A DNA stretch of 64,000 nucleotides from a bacterium (GTDB lineage: Bacteria > Lernaellota > Lernaellaia > Lernaellales > Lernaellaceae). The notes beneath the pieces are model-generated. The model ran no database searches and was not told where the DNA came from. It saw only the letters and a program-made list of their open reading frames with translations. Each line of letters opens with the position of its first letter. Position 1 is the stretch's first letter. Positions 30,519-39,862 of the stretch are shown piece after piece. Where the stretch lies: assembly GCA_036725605.1 (NCBI GenBank), contig DAIMDW010000001.1, forward strand, positions 545,045 to 609,044. The letters are read 5' to 3'. The translations under genes and the position numbers were made by a program.

Positions 30519-31574
30519 TCACTCGTCGATTTCCGGCGGAGTCACTTCCCGCCCTTCTTTAGCCGAGCGAATGGCCGCGAAGCAGAACTGCTGCACCGCC
30601 TTGGCCTGCTCGCCGGTCAGGAACGGCTCCGTGTCGTTGATGATGCAATCGATGAAATGCCGCGTGGAGTCGATGAAGCTCTGCAGCCAGTCGGACTGCA
30701 TTTTCTCGTAACAGGTTTTCACTCCGTCGCGGTACAGAATCAGCGAAGCCTCGTCGAGCAGTTGCCCAGTGCAGCGCGTCACCCAGATCACGCCCTTGCT
30801 GCCGGTGATCTCCACCCGCTCGTCGGCCGCATAATATTTCGACTTGACGTACAGATGCGGCGAGAACGTCGCGTCGATGCAGCCGACCACGCCGTTTTTC
30901 GCCTGCCAGGTGACGATCGCCGGCGAATCGTTGAGTCCGAAGGACCGGTCGATCCACGCGTGCACGCGCTCGACTTCGCCGCCGTAAAACATGCCGATGG
31001 AAAATTTATGGTAGCCGTCGTCGTAGATCGTCGGCCCGCCGCCCTTGTCGATTTCCGCCAGCCGCCACAGCCAGGTATTCAGCGGCACGTACCATCCGCC
31101 GGCACCGCCCGCGCCCAGGCGAATGCGGATCGACTGTACCTCGCCGATTTCCCCGGCGTCGATCAGTTCCTTCGCCTTGCGATACGGAGGGTAGAACACG
31201 AAGTTCTCGATCACCTTGAACTTCACGCCGGCCTTGCGCGTCGCCGCGATCATCTCGTCGCATTCGCGGATGTTCATGCCCATCGGCTTTTGCAACTGAA
31301 TGTGCTTGCCCGCCGCGGCCGCCTCCAGCACCATCGGATAATGCAGATGATGCGGCGTGTTGATCTCGACCATGTCGATGTCGGGATCGGCGAACACCTC
31401 GCGGTAATCCGTCGTCCACTTGGGCACGCCCCATTCGGCGGCGCGTTTTTTCGCCGTCGCCTGCGAATTGGCGCAAACCATGGCCAACTCGGCCCGCTCG
31501 AAATCTCGATAGGCCGGGTAATGCAGATCGGTGATGCGCCCCGCGCCGATCATGCCGACTCGCACTTTCTTCAA
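30519..31574 (-). CDS. Gfo/Idh/MocA family NAD(P)-dependent oxidoreductase (TTG start)
   Basis: VGMIGAGRI Rossmann motif and an EKP-like catalytic region (QLQKPMGMN). GGGAGA RBS upstream of the TTG at 31574. Confidence 0.75.
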   Translation of the reverse strand: MKKVRVGMIGAGRITDLHYPAYRDFERAELAMVCANSQATAKKRAAEWGVPKWTTDYREVFADPDIDMVEINTPHHLHYPMVLEAAAAGKHIQLQKPMGMNIRECDEMIAATRKAGVKFKVIENFVFYPPYRKAKELIDAGEIGEVQSIRIRLGAGGAGGWYVPLNTWLWRLAEIDKGGGPTIYDDGYHKFSIGMFYGGEVERVHAWIDRSFGLNDSPAIVTWQAKNGVVGCIDATFSPHLYVKSKYYAADERVEITGSKGVIWVTRCTGQLLDEASLILYRDGVKTCYEKMQSDWLQSFIDSTRHFIDCIINDTEPFLTGEQAKAVQQFCFAAIRSAKEGREVTPPEIDE

Positions 31575-31626
31575 GATGTGTCTCCCTGGAAAATTCGCCG
31601 TATTGTCGCGATTAAATAAGTGACCG

Positions 31627-32580
31627 TCAAGCAAAGGGCAGCCGCGCCAAATCGACGTTGCCGCCCGACAAAATAATGCCCACGCGCAAGCCGTTTGCGC
31701 CGATTTTCTTCTTCCACAGCGCGGCCAGCGGCACCGCCGCCGAAGGCTCGATGATGATCTTCATCCGCTCCCACACCAGACGCATCGCCGTAACGATCGC
31801 CTCTTCGCCGACGGTGACGATATCGTCGACGTTTTGCCGGATCGCCGCGAAGGTCAGTTCGCCCAGCGAGGTGCGCAGCCCGTCGGCGATCGTCGCCGGA
31901 TTCTCCACCGGCAACAGCGTCCCAATGTGAAACGACCGGCAGGCATCGTCAGCCCCCGCCGGTTCGCAGCCGATGATCCGCGCCGACGGCGCCAGCGCGC
32001 GACAGGCGATCGCGGTGCCCGAGAGCAATCCGCCGCCGCCCACCGGCGCGAGCACCAGGTCGAGATCCTCCGCCTCCTCCAGCAATTCCACCGCCGCCGT
32101 GCCCTGCCCGGCGATCACCCGCGCGTCGTTGTACGGATGCACGAAATGCGCGCCCGTGCGCGCCACGACCTCGCGCAAACCCTCCTCGCGCGCCGCCAGC
32201 GTCGGCCGGCAAAAGGTGATCACCGCCCCGTACCCGGCCACCGCCGCCTTTTTGCTGGCCGGCGAATTGTCGGGCATGACGATGTACGCGGGCACGCCGC
32301 GATTGCGCGCCGCCAGCGCCAGCGCCTGTGCGTGATTGCCCGACGAATGCGTTGCCACGCCGCGCGCGGCTTGGTCGTCGGTGAGCAGTTGCACCGCGTT
32401 GGTCGCCCCGCGCATCTTGAACGCGCCGACCTTCTGCAGGTTCTCGCATTTGAAAAACAGACTCGCGCCCAGTAGGTCGTCGAGGCTTTGGCAGGTCAGC
32501 ACCGGCGTGCGGTGGATGAACGGTTTGATTCGCTCATGCGCTTGCCGAATGTCATCGACGGTCGGGATCGCCGCATTCAT
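31627..32580 (-). CDS. PLP-dependent threonine/serine dehydratase family enzyme (fold type II)
   Basis: PLP-lysine motif FKMRGA, SGNHAQ, and the Gly-rich GGGGLLSG loop. Confidence 0.75.
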   Translation of the reverse strand: MNAAIPTVDDIRQAHERIKPFIHRTPVLTCQSLDDLLGASLFFKCENLQKVGAFKMRGATNAVQLLTDDQAARGVATHSSGNHAQALALAARNRGVPAYIVMPDNSPASKKAAVAGYGAVITFCRPTLAAREEGLREVVARTGAHFVHPYNDARVIAGQGTAAVELLEEAEDLDLVLAPVGGGGLLSGTAIACRALAPSARIIGCEPAGADDACRSFHIGTLLPVENPATIADGLRTSLGELTFAAIRQNVDDIVTVGEEAIVTAMRLVWERMKIIIEPSAAVPLAALWKKKIGANGLRVGIILSGGNVDLARLPFA

Positions 32581-32583
32581 CGC

Positions 32584-34074
32584 TCAGCAACCACACCCGT
32601 CGTCGTCATTGTCATCGTCATCATCATCATCATCGTCGTCGTCATCGTCATCATCGTCCGTCGCGTCGTCATCGATGGCGTCGTCATCGACGATATCATC
32701 GTCGACGACATCGTCGTCGCTCGCATCGTCGTCGACGGTGTCGTCATCGACCGGCACTTCCATCCATCCGGCGGTGGCCCGTTCCATCGTCACGCAATGC
32801 ACCGCCCCAAGCAGTTCGATGAGCACCTCGGAGTCGATGGGAATCACCTGCACATCGCGTCCCTTGGCGGCGTAAAAGTCCTCGTAGACCTGCAACGCGG
32901 CATCGTCCATGTCGATGTTGTAAATCGGCACCAGCACCTTGTCATTGAGAATCAGCGAATTGGTGTAGCTGCGAAACACCGTCAACTCGCCATAAATGCT
33001 GGAAACCGTGTACTCCGGCGGCATCGGAATACGAATGACGTTGAACGAATTGCCGTCCAGGTTGGTTTCGCCGGCGATCTGCGCGGCCATTTCCTCCAGC
33101 GCCGTGTAGTTGTGCGCCCCGGCCTGATACTGCCCGACGATCACATTTGTCTCGTCCAGCAACTTGGCGGACATATCGATGTGCGTGGTCGCTTCATCCT
33201 CCAGATGCGTAACCATAATATGCTTGGCGCAGCCCATATAATCGTCGAGCGCTTGCGCCAGATTGGCATAGGGCGTGGTGTGGTTGTGCAGCGCCAAACC
33301 GTCCGAGGTGAAACACGTTCCCTCGCCGTCACTCATGTAGTTGCCGCCCTCGAAATTCACGTTCCAGTCATAGGCCGCAATGCCGAACTGCGTAGCCAGC
33401 AACCCGGGCACGGCGTCGTCAATCGGTCGCCCCTGGTAGGTCAGATCGACCAACGATTGCACGGTGTCCTCGCCGGCTTCCTCCTCCAGGAAGATCGGAC
33501 CGTAATCGCGCGTCCAGATCGTCTGGGTGGCCACGGTCAGAATCTCGAAGTTGTCGCCGGTAATGCCCAGCGCATTGAGCGTATTGTTCAGTTGATTTTG
33601 TTGCCAGGCGTTATTAACCAACAGAAAAACGGTCACCGCCGGATCGCCGTCAAGCGTCTGGAGCATCTGGTTGAAAGTAACGCGCTCCCGGTCGTATCCC
33701 AACTCCACCGGATAATGGATGATCACGCCGCTCATGTGCTCGAACTCGGCCGGCGTGCGCACGGCAGCCGTGGGCGGCGTCTGCGGAAGCAGCGGCCGCA
33801 ACGGCGGCTCAAACGGTTGGACGCCCTGCTTCCTCAGCACGGCCGCGGCATAGACGAGTCCTTCGTCGTAGGTCAGACCGAGTTCGGCCAGATGTCCGTT
33901 GCGCTCCATCAAATTCGCATACACCGCCGGATACGCGGGCAGCGCCAACGGCAGGCCGACTTCGCTTTTATTCAAAGAAGACAAGGCACGCTCCAACGAC
34001 TGCTGGTCGGCCAGCGCGGGCACCGTCAACAAAGCGAAAATCAAGACGCAAACGACAAGGCGCAAAGGTTTCAT
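32584..34074 (-). CDS. Secreted agmatine deiminase / porphyromonas-type peptidylarginine deiminase family protein with C-terminal poly-Asp tail ending in GCGC
   Basis: GGAG RBS upstream. Signal peptide. TRDYGPIF, the DWNVNFEGGNYMSDGEGTCF block and the catalytic Cys region GAVHCVTM are all present. The C-terminus has about 60 aa of (DDDxV/A) repeats and then a D-run ending in DDDGCGC. Confidence 0.65.
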   Translation of the reverse strand: MKPLRLVVCVLIFALLTVPALADQQSLERALSSLNKSEVGLPLALPAYPAVYANLMERNGHLAELGLTYDEGLVYAAAVLRKQGVQPFEPPLRPLLPQTPPTAAVRTPAEFEHMSGVIIHYPVELGYDRERVTFNQMLQTLDGDPAVTVFLLVNNAWQQNQLNNTLNALGITGDNFEILTVATQTIWTRDYGPIFLEEEAGEDTVQSLVDLTYQGRPIDDAVPGLLATQFGIAAYDWNVNFEGGNYMSDGEGTCFTSDGLALHNHTTPYANLAQALDDYMGCAKHIMVTHLEDEATTHIDMSAKLLDETNVIVGQYQAGAHNYTALEEMAAQIAGETNLDGNSFNVIRIPMPPEYTVSSIYGELTVFRSYTNSLILNDKVLVPIYNIDMDDAALQVYEDFYAAKGRDVQVIPIDSEVLIELLGAVHCVTMERATAGWMEVPVDDDTVDDDASDDDVVDDDIVDDDAIDDDATDDDDDDDDDDDDDDDDNDDDGCGC

Positions 34075-34137
34075 TCCACTCCCCCGGCAAATGGTGTGGA
34101 GCCAATGGTAGCAGACTTTCACAAACAATGAATAGCG

Positions 34138-34659
34138 TCAGGGCAGGATCTCGATCGGCGTACCTTCGTTCACCCTGGCCCATAACTGGGCCATCTCGAC
34201 GTCGGTCAACGCGATGCAGCCGTGCGTCCAGTCGTACCAACGATGGAAGCGCCCGATCCACCCCAGGCCGTTGGACATGCCGTGAATCATGATATCCCCG
34301 CCCGGGCTGCATCCCCGCTCGGCCGCCGCGGCCACGTCCCCCGCATCGGGATACGACACGTGAAACGAGCGATAGCAACAACTGTCCGGATTGCGCCAAT
34401 CCAGCACGTAACTGCCCTCCGGCGTTTTGCTGTCGCCTTGGCATACCTTGTCGCCGCGCGGCCGGCGTCCCAGCGAAATGGGATAGCGCACCAATTCGCG
34501 CTCGTCGCTCATCACCGCCAAACGCCGCGCGGACTTGTACACGATCAAATGAGTGACCGGCGCATCGGCGGGAATCGGCCGTACCGGCCAAAAGTAATAG
34601 ACGATCGCCGCTGCCGGACAGGCCAGCAACACGCCGACGATAATGGCCAATCGTTTCAT
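34138..34659 (-). CDS. L,D-transpeptidase (YkuD domain) with N-terminal membrane anchor
   Basis: IMIHG...........WTHGCIAL with a catalytic His/Cys pair. N-terminal hydrophobic helix. Confidence 0.65.
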   Translation of the reverse strand: MKRLAIIVGVLLACPAAAIVYYFWPVRPIPADAPVTHLIVYKSARRLAVMSDERELVRYPISLGRRPRGDKVCQGDSKTPEGSYVLDWRNPDSCCYRSFHVSYPDAGDVAAAAERGCSPGGDIMIHGMSNGLGWIGRFHRWYDWTHGCIALTDVEMAQLWARVNEGTPIEILP

Positions 34660-34722
34660 TGGAGCTTCCCGCGTTGAGTGTCGCTGATGTTTAGGACCGA
34701 CACGGCGCGAAGAATGTTCCGA

Positions 34723-35925
34723 CTATTTAACATTTCGCAGGCAACGATACACCGCCAGGCGCAGATCGTGCTGACGCGGATCCTCCCAAACGTCGATGCT
34801 CATTTTGTTCATCACATAGGCGAAGCCAAGCTGCCGGTCGGGATCGGCGAAACCGAACGAGCCGCCGCAGCCCGGCGTGCCGAAGGCGCGGGGGCTGCTA
34901 CCGAAGTTGAACGAGGGAAACGGCCGCAGATAGCCGAGTGAATACGCCGCCTCGACGAACATCACGCGATCGCGCGTGCCCAACACCGGCGTGATCGGCG
35001 GGGCGGTCAGCACGCGCATTGTCTCCTCTTTCAATCCCAGTTCCTTACCGCCCATGGCGAGACAACCGTACGCCTTGGCCAGCGAGCGCGCCGTGCCGAA
35101 GCCGTTGGACGCGGGCATCTGCACGTGACGCCACACCGGCGTAGCGAACTCGACGGGATTATTGATATCGGGATTGCGGAAGGTGCGCGAGGTGATCGAC
35201 TGCGGATCGATAAACGCCAACACCATGCGCAACGACAAGCGGAACGGTTCAAGGACGGTTTCCAGCGGCTTAAAGCCTTTCATTGCCGCGAGGCGCCGCT
35301 CGGGAATGTCGCGCGGCAGACCGATGTAAAAGTCCAGTCCCAGCGGCGCGGCGATTTCCTCCTGAAAAAACTGCCCCAATGTGCGGTGCTCCGGATCAAC
35401 CCGCCGCAACAACTCGCCTTCGTAGAAACCCAGCGACACCGCGTGATAGCCGTGCCGCGCGCCGGGCTGCCACGCCGGTTTTTGCGCGGCGAGAATCTCG
35501 GCGAGCCAATCGTGATCGGCAAGAATCTCCGGCGTCAGCGGCGTGTCGAGACAACACAGCCCGGCCTGATGCGACAGCAGTTGCCGCACGGTGACCTCGG
35601 CCTTGCCGTTCTGGGCAAACTCCGGCCAATACTTGGCTACCTTCGCGTCGTAATCGAGCCGGCCGCGCGAATGCGCCAGCGCCAACGTCGCCGCCGCCAT
35701 GCCCTTGCTCGAGGAAAACACGATCGTCAGCGTGTCCTCTTCCCAGGGCGCTCTGGTCGTTTCGTCGCGCAGCCCGCCCCACAGGTCGACGACCTTCACG
35801 CCGCGATGGTACACCGCCACGGCCGCGCCGATTTCGCGCCCCTTGGCAATGTTGTCGATAAACACATCACGCACTTCGGCAAAAGCCGGATGAACCTCGC
35901 CATGAACCGCCGCTTCGTGCATCAA
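34723..35925 (-). CDS. Beta-lactamase/esterase family serine hydrolase (class C-like)
   Basis: S-x-x-K motif (FSSSKGMAA). The family's usual Tyr motif was not checked. Confidence 0.65.
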   Translation of the reverse strand: MMHEAAVHGEVHPAFAEVRDVFIDNIAKGREIGAAVAVYHRGVKVVDLWGGLRDETTRAPWEEDTLTIVFSSSKGMAAATLALAHSRGRLDYDAKVAKYWPEFAQNGKAEVTVRQLLSHQAGLCCLDTPLTPEILADHDWLAEILAAQKPAWQPGARHGYHAVSLGFYEGELLRRVDPEHRTLGQFFQEEIAAPLGLDFYIGLPRDIPERRLAAMKGFKPLETVLEPFRLSLRMVLAFIDPQSITSRTFRNPDINNPVEFATPVWRHVQMPASNGFGTARSLAKAYGCLAMGGKELGLKEETMRVLTAPPITPVLGTRDRVMFVEAAYSLGYLRPFPSFNFGSSPRAFGTPGCGGSFGFADPDRQLGFAYVMNKMSIDVWEDPRQHDLRLAVYRCLRNVK

Positions 35926-35959
35926 TCTCTCCCGCTCGTTTTGTGCTTGGTAAGGAAAG

Positions 35960-36598
35960 TCATTCGAAAATCAGATAAAAATTGTTCAGCCAGTCGTCGA
36001 AATTAAAGGAGCCCGGCATCGGGGCGAAAGGACTGGGCGGTCCGGTGATGTCGGCGTCGTTGGCCATGCCCAAGTCACGCGACACTAAATAACCGTAGGT
36101 GTAGCCCACGCCGACGCCCTTGTAAACCACCTCGACGCCCAACTCCGAATAGGCATAGCCGGAATAGATGTCGTTGTAGCCGTGAAAACCGACGCCGGAC
36201 AGCGGCAGCGGAGTTTGCCCCGCGCCCACCGTGAAACGCGCCACCGGCCGCACCACGCCGCCCAGCAGACCGTGGTAGCGATAGGTGATCGACTGGCGCA
36301 TCATCGCCGTGCCCAGTTCATCGCCGAACAACGCATCCTGCGAGCCGGCATCGAGTACGCCGACGGTCTGCAGCGTATTCGCCCCCCACGCCAATTGATT
36401 GTAGTAAATGGTCCATTGCAGCGGTTGGTTCGACCACGGGGGCAGCACAGGCTGCGGCGCATTCGTGGTAATCGCCTGCGTTTCGAACGGATTGTTGGTG
36501 AGGGTGATATCCTCGTCGCCGCCGTCGTCATCCTCGGCCAGCGCGACGGTCAAGGGAAGCATCGTCAGCATCAACAAAATGGGGAGCGTTCGCCACAT
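35960..36598 (-). CDS. Secreted hypothetical protein
   Basis: Signal peptide (LTVALAEDDDGGDED) and a Gly/Tyr-rich C-terminal half. No recognisable catalytic motif. Confidence 0.4.
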   Translation of the reverse strand: MWRTLPILLMLTMLPLTVALAEDDDGGDEDITLTNNPFETQAITTNAPQPVLPPWSNQPLQWTIYYNQLAWGANTLQTVGVLDAGSQDALFGDELGTAMMRQSITYRYHGLLGGVVRPVARFTVGAGQTPLPLSGVGFHGYNDIYSGYAYSELGVEVVYKGVGVGYTYGYLVSRDLGMANDADITGPPSPFAPMPGSFNFDDWLNNFYLIFE

Positions 36599-36653
36599 CG
36601 CCTCTTCCCGTTTTAGTCTCCAATTGGAACGGTATGAAAAGACGATGCCGCCG

Positions 36654-37739
36654 TCAAGAAGCGTCGTCAGGCGAGCCTTCGGGCTTCGGCTCCGCCTTCA
36701 CCACCTTTTTTCGTTTCGGCATGCCCAGAATCTGCGGGAAAAAGCGGTTGATGATCTCGACCATCGGCCAAACGACCAACAGCGTGCCGGCGGTGTAAAA
36801 AACCGCCCACAGCGGATCGTGGAAGGTTTCCTTGACGTTGATGCCCAATACCTGTTTGCAGATGGGCAGGAAAATGCCGATTGCCATCACGTGCAAACCC
36901 AGGATGGGTAGCGAGTTGACGCCTACCCACTTGATGACCGGCACGCGGTCAATCAACTGCGAGAAGAGAATGAAAAAGCCCACCGCCGCCAATGCCGCCG
37001 GGTGGAACAGGAAAAACCGGCCGATGTTGTTGTCCATCATGTGGATCTCGGGATTGATCCAGACGAACACCACGCTGATGGCGAACAGCGCCGCCGCCAG
37101 CGGTATCTTTTGCCATAACTTCAGATCCCAGCCCGCGCCCCAGCGTTTATAAAACAAATGCCCCAGACCGTAGTACACGACGATGGTCAGCGCGATGTCC
37201 ATGTTCCACGGCAGGCGGAACGGCAGGATACGCCCGAGAATAAAGCCGATGAACGAAATGACGAACATCCAGGTGATCAGCTTTTTGTTCGACTTGTACT
37301 TCAGGCGCAGCCAATAAAACAGTTGATCGGCGCTGAACAACGCGGTCAAAAACCACAGCGGAATGTTATGCGGAATCAGCGGCGCGGTGCCCCAGAACGT
37401 TCCCAGAATCGGAATGAAAATCAGAATGCAATAACCGCCGCGCTGAAACTCCTGGTTCAACGAGACGAAACCACCGGCGAACACCACCCAGAACGCCAGG
37501 CTGATGAACGAAAAAGCGAAGTACGGCACGACCAGCCGGCGCACGCGTTTTCTGAAGAAATCCTTGTGCGAGGCGTATTTGCCCGCGTCGAAGAAAAAAC
37601 CGGAGGCGAAAAAGAACACCGGAATCAGCACCAACTGCAGGTACTTGGAAACCGTGTCGCCCGGTTTGTTGTGCGCATACATGACCATCAACAAAGCCAG
37701 ACCGCGCATCGTGTCCAGCCAGTCGATTCGCTTTTTCAT
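36654..37739 (-). CDS. Acyltransferase family 3 membrane protein (O-acyltransferase)
   Basis: N-terminal WLDTMRGLALLMV motif and about 10 TM helices. Confidence 0.6.
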   Translation of the reverse strand: MKKRIDWLDTMRGLALLMVMYAHNKPGDTVSKYLQLVLIPVFFFASGFFFDAGKYASHKDFFRKRVRRLVVPYFAFSFISLAFWVVFAGGFVSLNQEFQRGGYCILIFIPILGTFWGTAPLIPHNIPLWFLTALFSADQLFYWLRLKYKSNKKLITWMFVISFIGFILGRILPFRLPWNMDIALTIVVYYGLGHLFYKRWGAGWDLKLWQKIPLAAALFAISVVFVWINPEIHMMDNNIGRFFLFHPAALAAVGFFILFSQLIDRVPVIKWVGVNSLPILGLHVMAIGIFLPICKQVLGINVKETFHDPLWAVFYTAGTLLVVWPMVEIINRFFPQILGMPKRKKVVKAEPKPEGSPDDAS

Positions 37740-37885
37740 CGCCCCTCACTTGAACTGCCGACTTCGAATCCGCATAAAGAAATCGCATCCGGTCCCGGAA
37801 GTCAAGCAGGAACCGCCCCGCCCCTGGCAACCGGATACACTTTTGCTATGATGTGAATAACCATGATCTTTCCCGGAGGGAACCG

Positions 37886-38206
37886 ATGAACATCACCTGT
37901 GTGCATGTCCATGTCAAAGAGGAACGCATCGACGATTTTATCGCCGCCACCATCGCCAATCACGAAGGCGCGATCAAGGAGCCGGGCAACCTGCGCTTCG
38001 ACGCGCTGCAAAGCGCGGACGATCCCACGAAGTTCATGCTCTATGAAGTGTATGAATCCGACGAGGCGGCACAGGCGCACAAGCAAACGGCGCATTATCT
38101 GACCTGGCGTTCGACCGTTGCCGACTGGATGGCCGAACCGCGCGTGGGCAAACCCTACGAGGCGTTGCGCCCGCTGCATCCGGCCGATTGGAAAAGCGGC
38201 AAGTAG
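37886..38206 (+). CDS. Antibiotic-biosynthesis-monooxygenase (ABM) family protein
   Basis: GGAGG RBS 5 nt upstream. Roughly 100-aa ferredoxin-like fold with a conserved T/S-x-x-H-x-x-F region. Confidence 0.55.
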   Translation: MNITCVHVHVKEERIDDFIAATIANHEGAIKEPGNLRFDALQSADDPTKFMLYEVYESDEAAQAHKQTAHYLTWRSTVADWMAEPRVGKPYEALRPLHPADWKSGK

Positions 38207-38333
38207 ATATTGCCGACATATAAAATCATGTTAGAATTCCTTTCGGTGCGGGAATAAACCAATCATCTTTGCTTGCGCATCCGCGAAAAGAATCATTGGT
38301 AAAGAAATACCTTCATTTGGTGGGGAGTATAAA

Positions 38334-39800
38334 ATGAAGCGTATCCATTCAATTACGGCTTTAATTTCCATCGTTCTTCTTGTCGGCGTAATCCTGGCGA
38401 CGCAATTATCGGCCGACGACCTCGAACTGCCTTTCCGGGATTTCGAAAGCGACGGCACGTCCGAAAACCTGATCGAGGATGACGGCGGCTTCGAGCAAAC
38501 GCTGCCGGTGGTTCCCGACAGCTACATCGTTTCGTGCATCGCGCCGAGCCATTACCCGTCGTTTCTGACCGAAATTACGGTCCGTGTCTCCAACTACTTC
38601 GGGCAGAACACGCAGATGGCCGTCTTCACCGACGTCGACGGCGACGGCCCCGACGGCGCGCCGGTGTGGACGTCCTCGACGCTGCAACTGCCTCACCGTC
38701 AGTGGTACAGCCGCAGCCTGATCGGCCAGCCGGGCATGGACATCCCCATCACCGAAGGTTCCTGGTGCATGGGCTTCAAGCAGCTCGATTTCCTGGTTTT
38801 CGAATTGCACGACAGTTCCAGTTCGCATGAACACACGTGGTCGGGCTCGCCGTCGGCGGGATGGCTGAAGCTCGACGCCATTTTCTTTCCCGGCAACGGC
38901 GCCTTCCGTGGCGTGGCCTATTACGCGCCCGAGTTGTGCGGCTGCTACATCGACGACGTTTGCTATGCCGAGGGCGATCTGCATCCCGACAACGACTGCC
39001 TGGTCTGCGATCCCGACGAGTCGGTCACCGACTGGACGCTCAACGACGGCGCGGCCTGCGACGACAACATCTTCTGCAACGGCGAAGACACCTGTCTGTC
39101 GGGCGTGTGCTCGCAACATGCCGGCAATCCGTGCCCGCTCGACGACGGCCTCTACTGCAACGGAACCGAAACCTTCGAGTGCATCGAAGCCACCGACGAG
39201 TGCGGTCACACGGGCAATCCCTGCCCGGTCGACGACGGCCTGTTCTGCAACGGCGATGAAACCGCGCAATGTTTCGAAGCCACCGACGAATGCGGCCACA
39301 CGGGCGATCCCTGCGAAGAGTGGGAAGAATGCATCGAAGCCACCGACGAATGCGTGGAACTCGCCGATGACGACACAGTCGACGACGACACGACCGATGA
39401 TGATACCGCCGATGACGACACGGCTGACGATGACACCGCCGATGACGACACGACCGATGATGATACCGTCGACGACGATACGGTCGACGATGATACCACC
39501 GACGACGATACGGCCGATGACGATACCGTCGATGATGATACCGCCGATGACGACACGGCCGACGACGACACCACTGATGACGACACCGCCGATGACGACA
39601 CGGCCGATGACGATATCACTGACGACGACACCGCCGATGACGATATCACTGACGACGACACCGTCGATGACGATTCCGCCGATGACGACGAAGATATCGA
39701 CGACGATGACGACGGCAGCGATTCGATCCTCGATGACGACGACGATGACGACCTGGATCGCGGCGGCGACGACGATGATGGCGGCGGCTGCGCCTGCTGA
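38334..39800 (+). CDS. Secreted protein with Cys-rich CNG-x-E-TC repeat modules and a long C-terminal DDDTx pentapeptide repeat tail ending in GGGCAC
   Basis: Signal peptide. Five repeats of C-x-DG-x-x-C-N-G-x-E-x-C (DDNIFCNGEDTC, DDGLYCNGTETFEC, DDGLFCNGDETAQC). About 22 tandem DDDTx units. Confidence 0.6.
   Translation: MKRIHSITALISIVLLVGVILATQLSADDLELPFRDFESDGTSENLIEDDGGFEQTLPVVPDSYIVSCIAPSHYPSFLTEITVRVSNYFGQNTQMAVFTDVDGDGPDGAPVWTSSTLQLPHRQWYSRSLIGQPGMDIPITEGSWCMGFKQLDFLVFELHDSSSSHEHTWSGSPSAGWLKLDAIFFPGNGAFRGVAYYAPELCGCYIDDVCYAEGDLHPDNDCLVCDPDESVTDWTLNDGAACDDNIFCNGEDTCLSGVCSQHAGNPCPLDDGLYCNGTETFECIEATDECGHTGNPCPVDDGLFCNGDETAQCFEATDECGHTGDPCEEWEECIEATDECVELADDDTVDDDTTDDDTADDDTADDDTADDDTTDDDTVDDDTVDDDTTDDDTADDDTVDDDTADDDTADDDTTDDDTADDDTADDDITDDDTADDDITDDDTVDDDSADDDEDIDDDDDGSDSILDDDDDDDLDRGGDDDDGGGCAC
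39367..39696 (+). repeat. 15-nt tandem coding repeat (gac gac gac acc gcc variants), about 22 copies, encoding DDDTx
   Basis: Periodic GATGACGACACSRCC units are visible directly in the sequence. Confidence 0.85.
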
Positions 39801-39814
39801 CCGATTAAAAAGAA

Positions 39815-39846
39815 ACGGCCGGCTCGCGATGAGTCGGCCATTTTTC
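39815..39846. terminator. Putative bidirectional rho-independent terminator
   Basis: aaaaagaaacGGCCGg-12 nt-CGGCCattttt between convergent genes. Confidence 0.45.
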
Positions 39847-39862
39847 TATCCGCGAAATTCGC

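Noticed and set aside
29865-31619. 584-aa plus ORF across the oxidoreductase operon
   Set aside because: Antisense artefact. The Rossmann motifs are on the minus strand.
32488-34131. 547-aa plus ORF
   Set aside because: Antisense to the deiminase-like gene. It reads the Asp repeat as a VVIVI-type repeat.
39367-39696. Possible CRISPR array suggested by short periodic repeats
   Set aside because: The repeats are 15-nt and contiguous, with no spacers and in-frame with a protein encoding DDDTx. The same holds for 46325..46575. They are coding minisatellites, not CRISPR.
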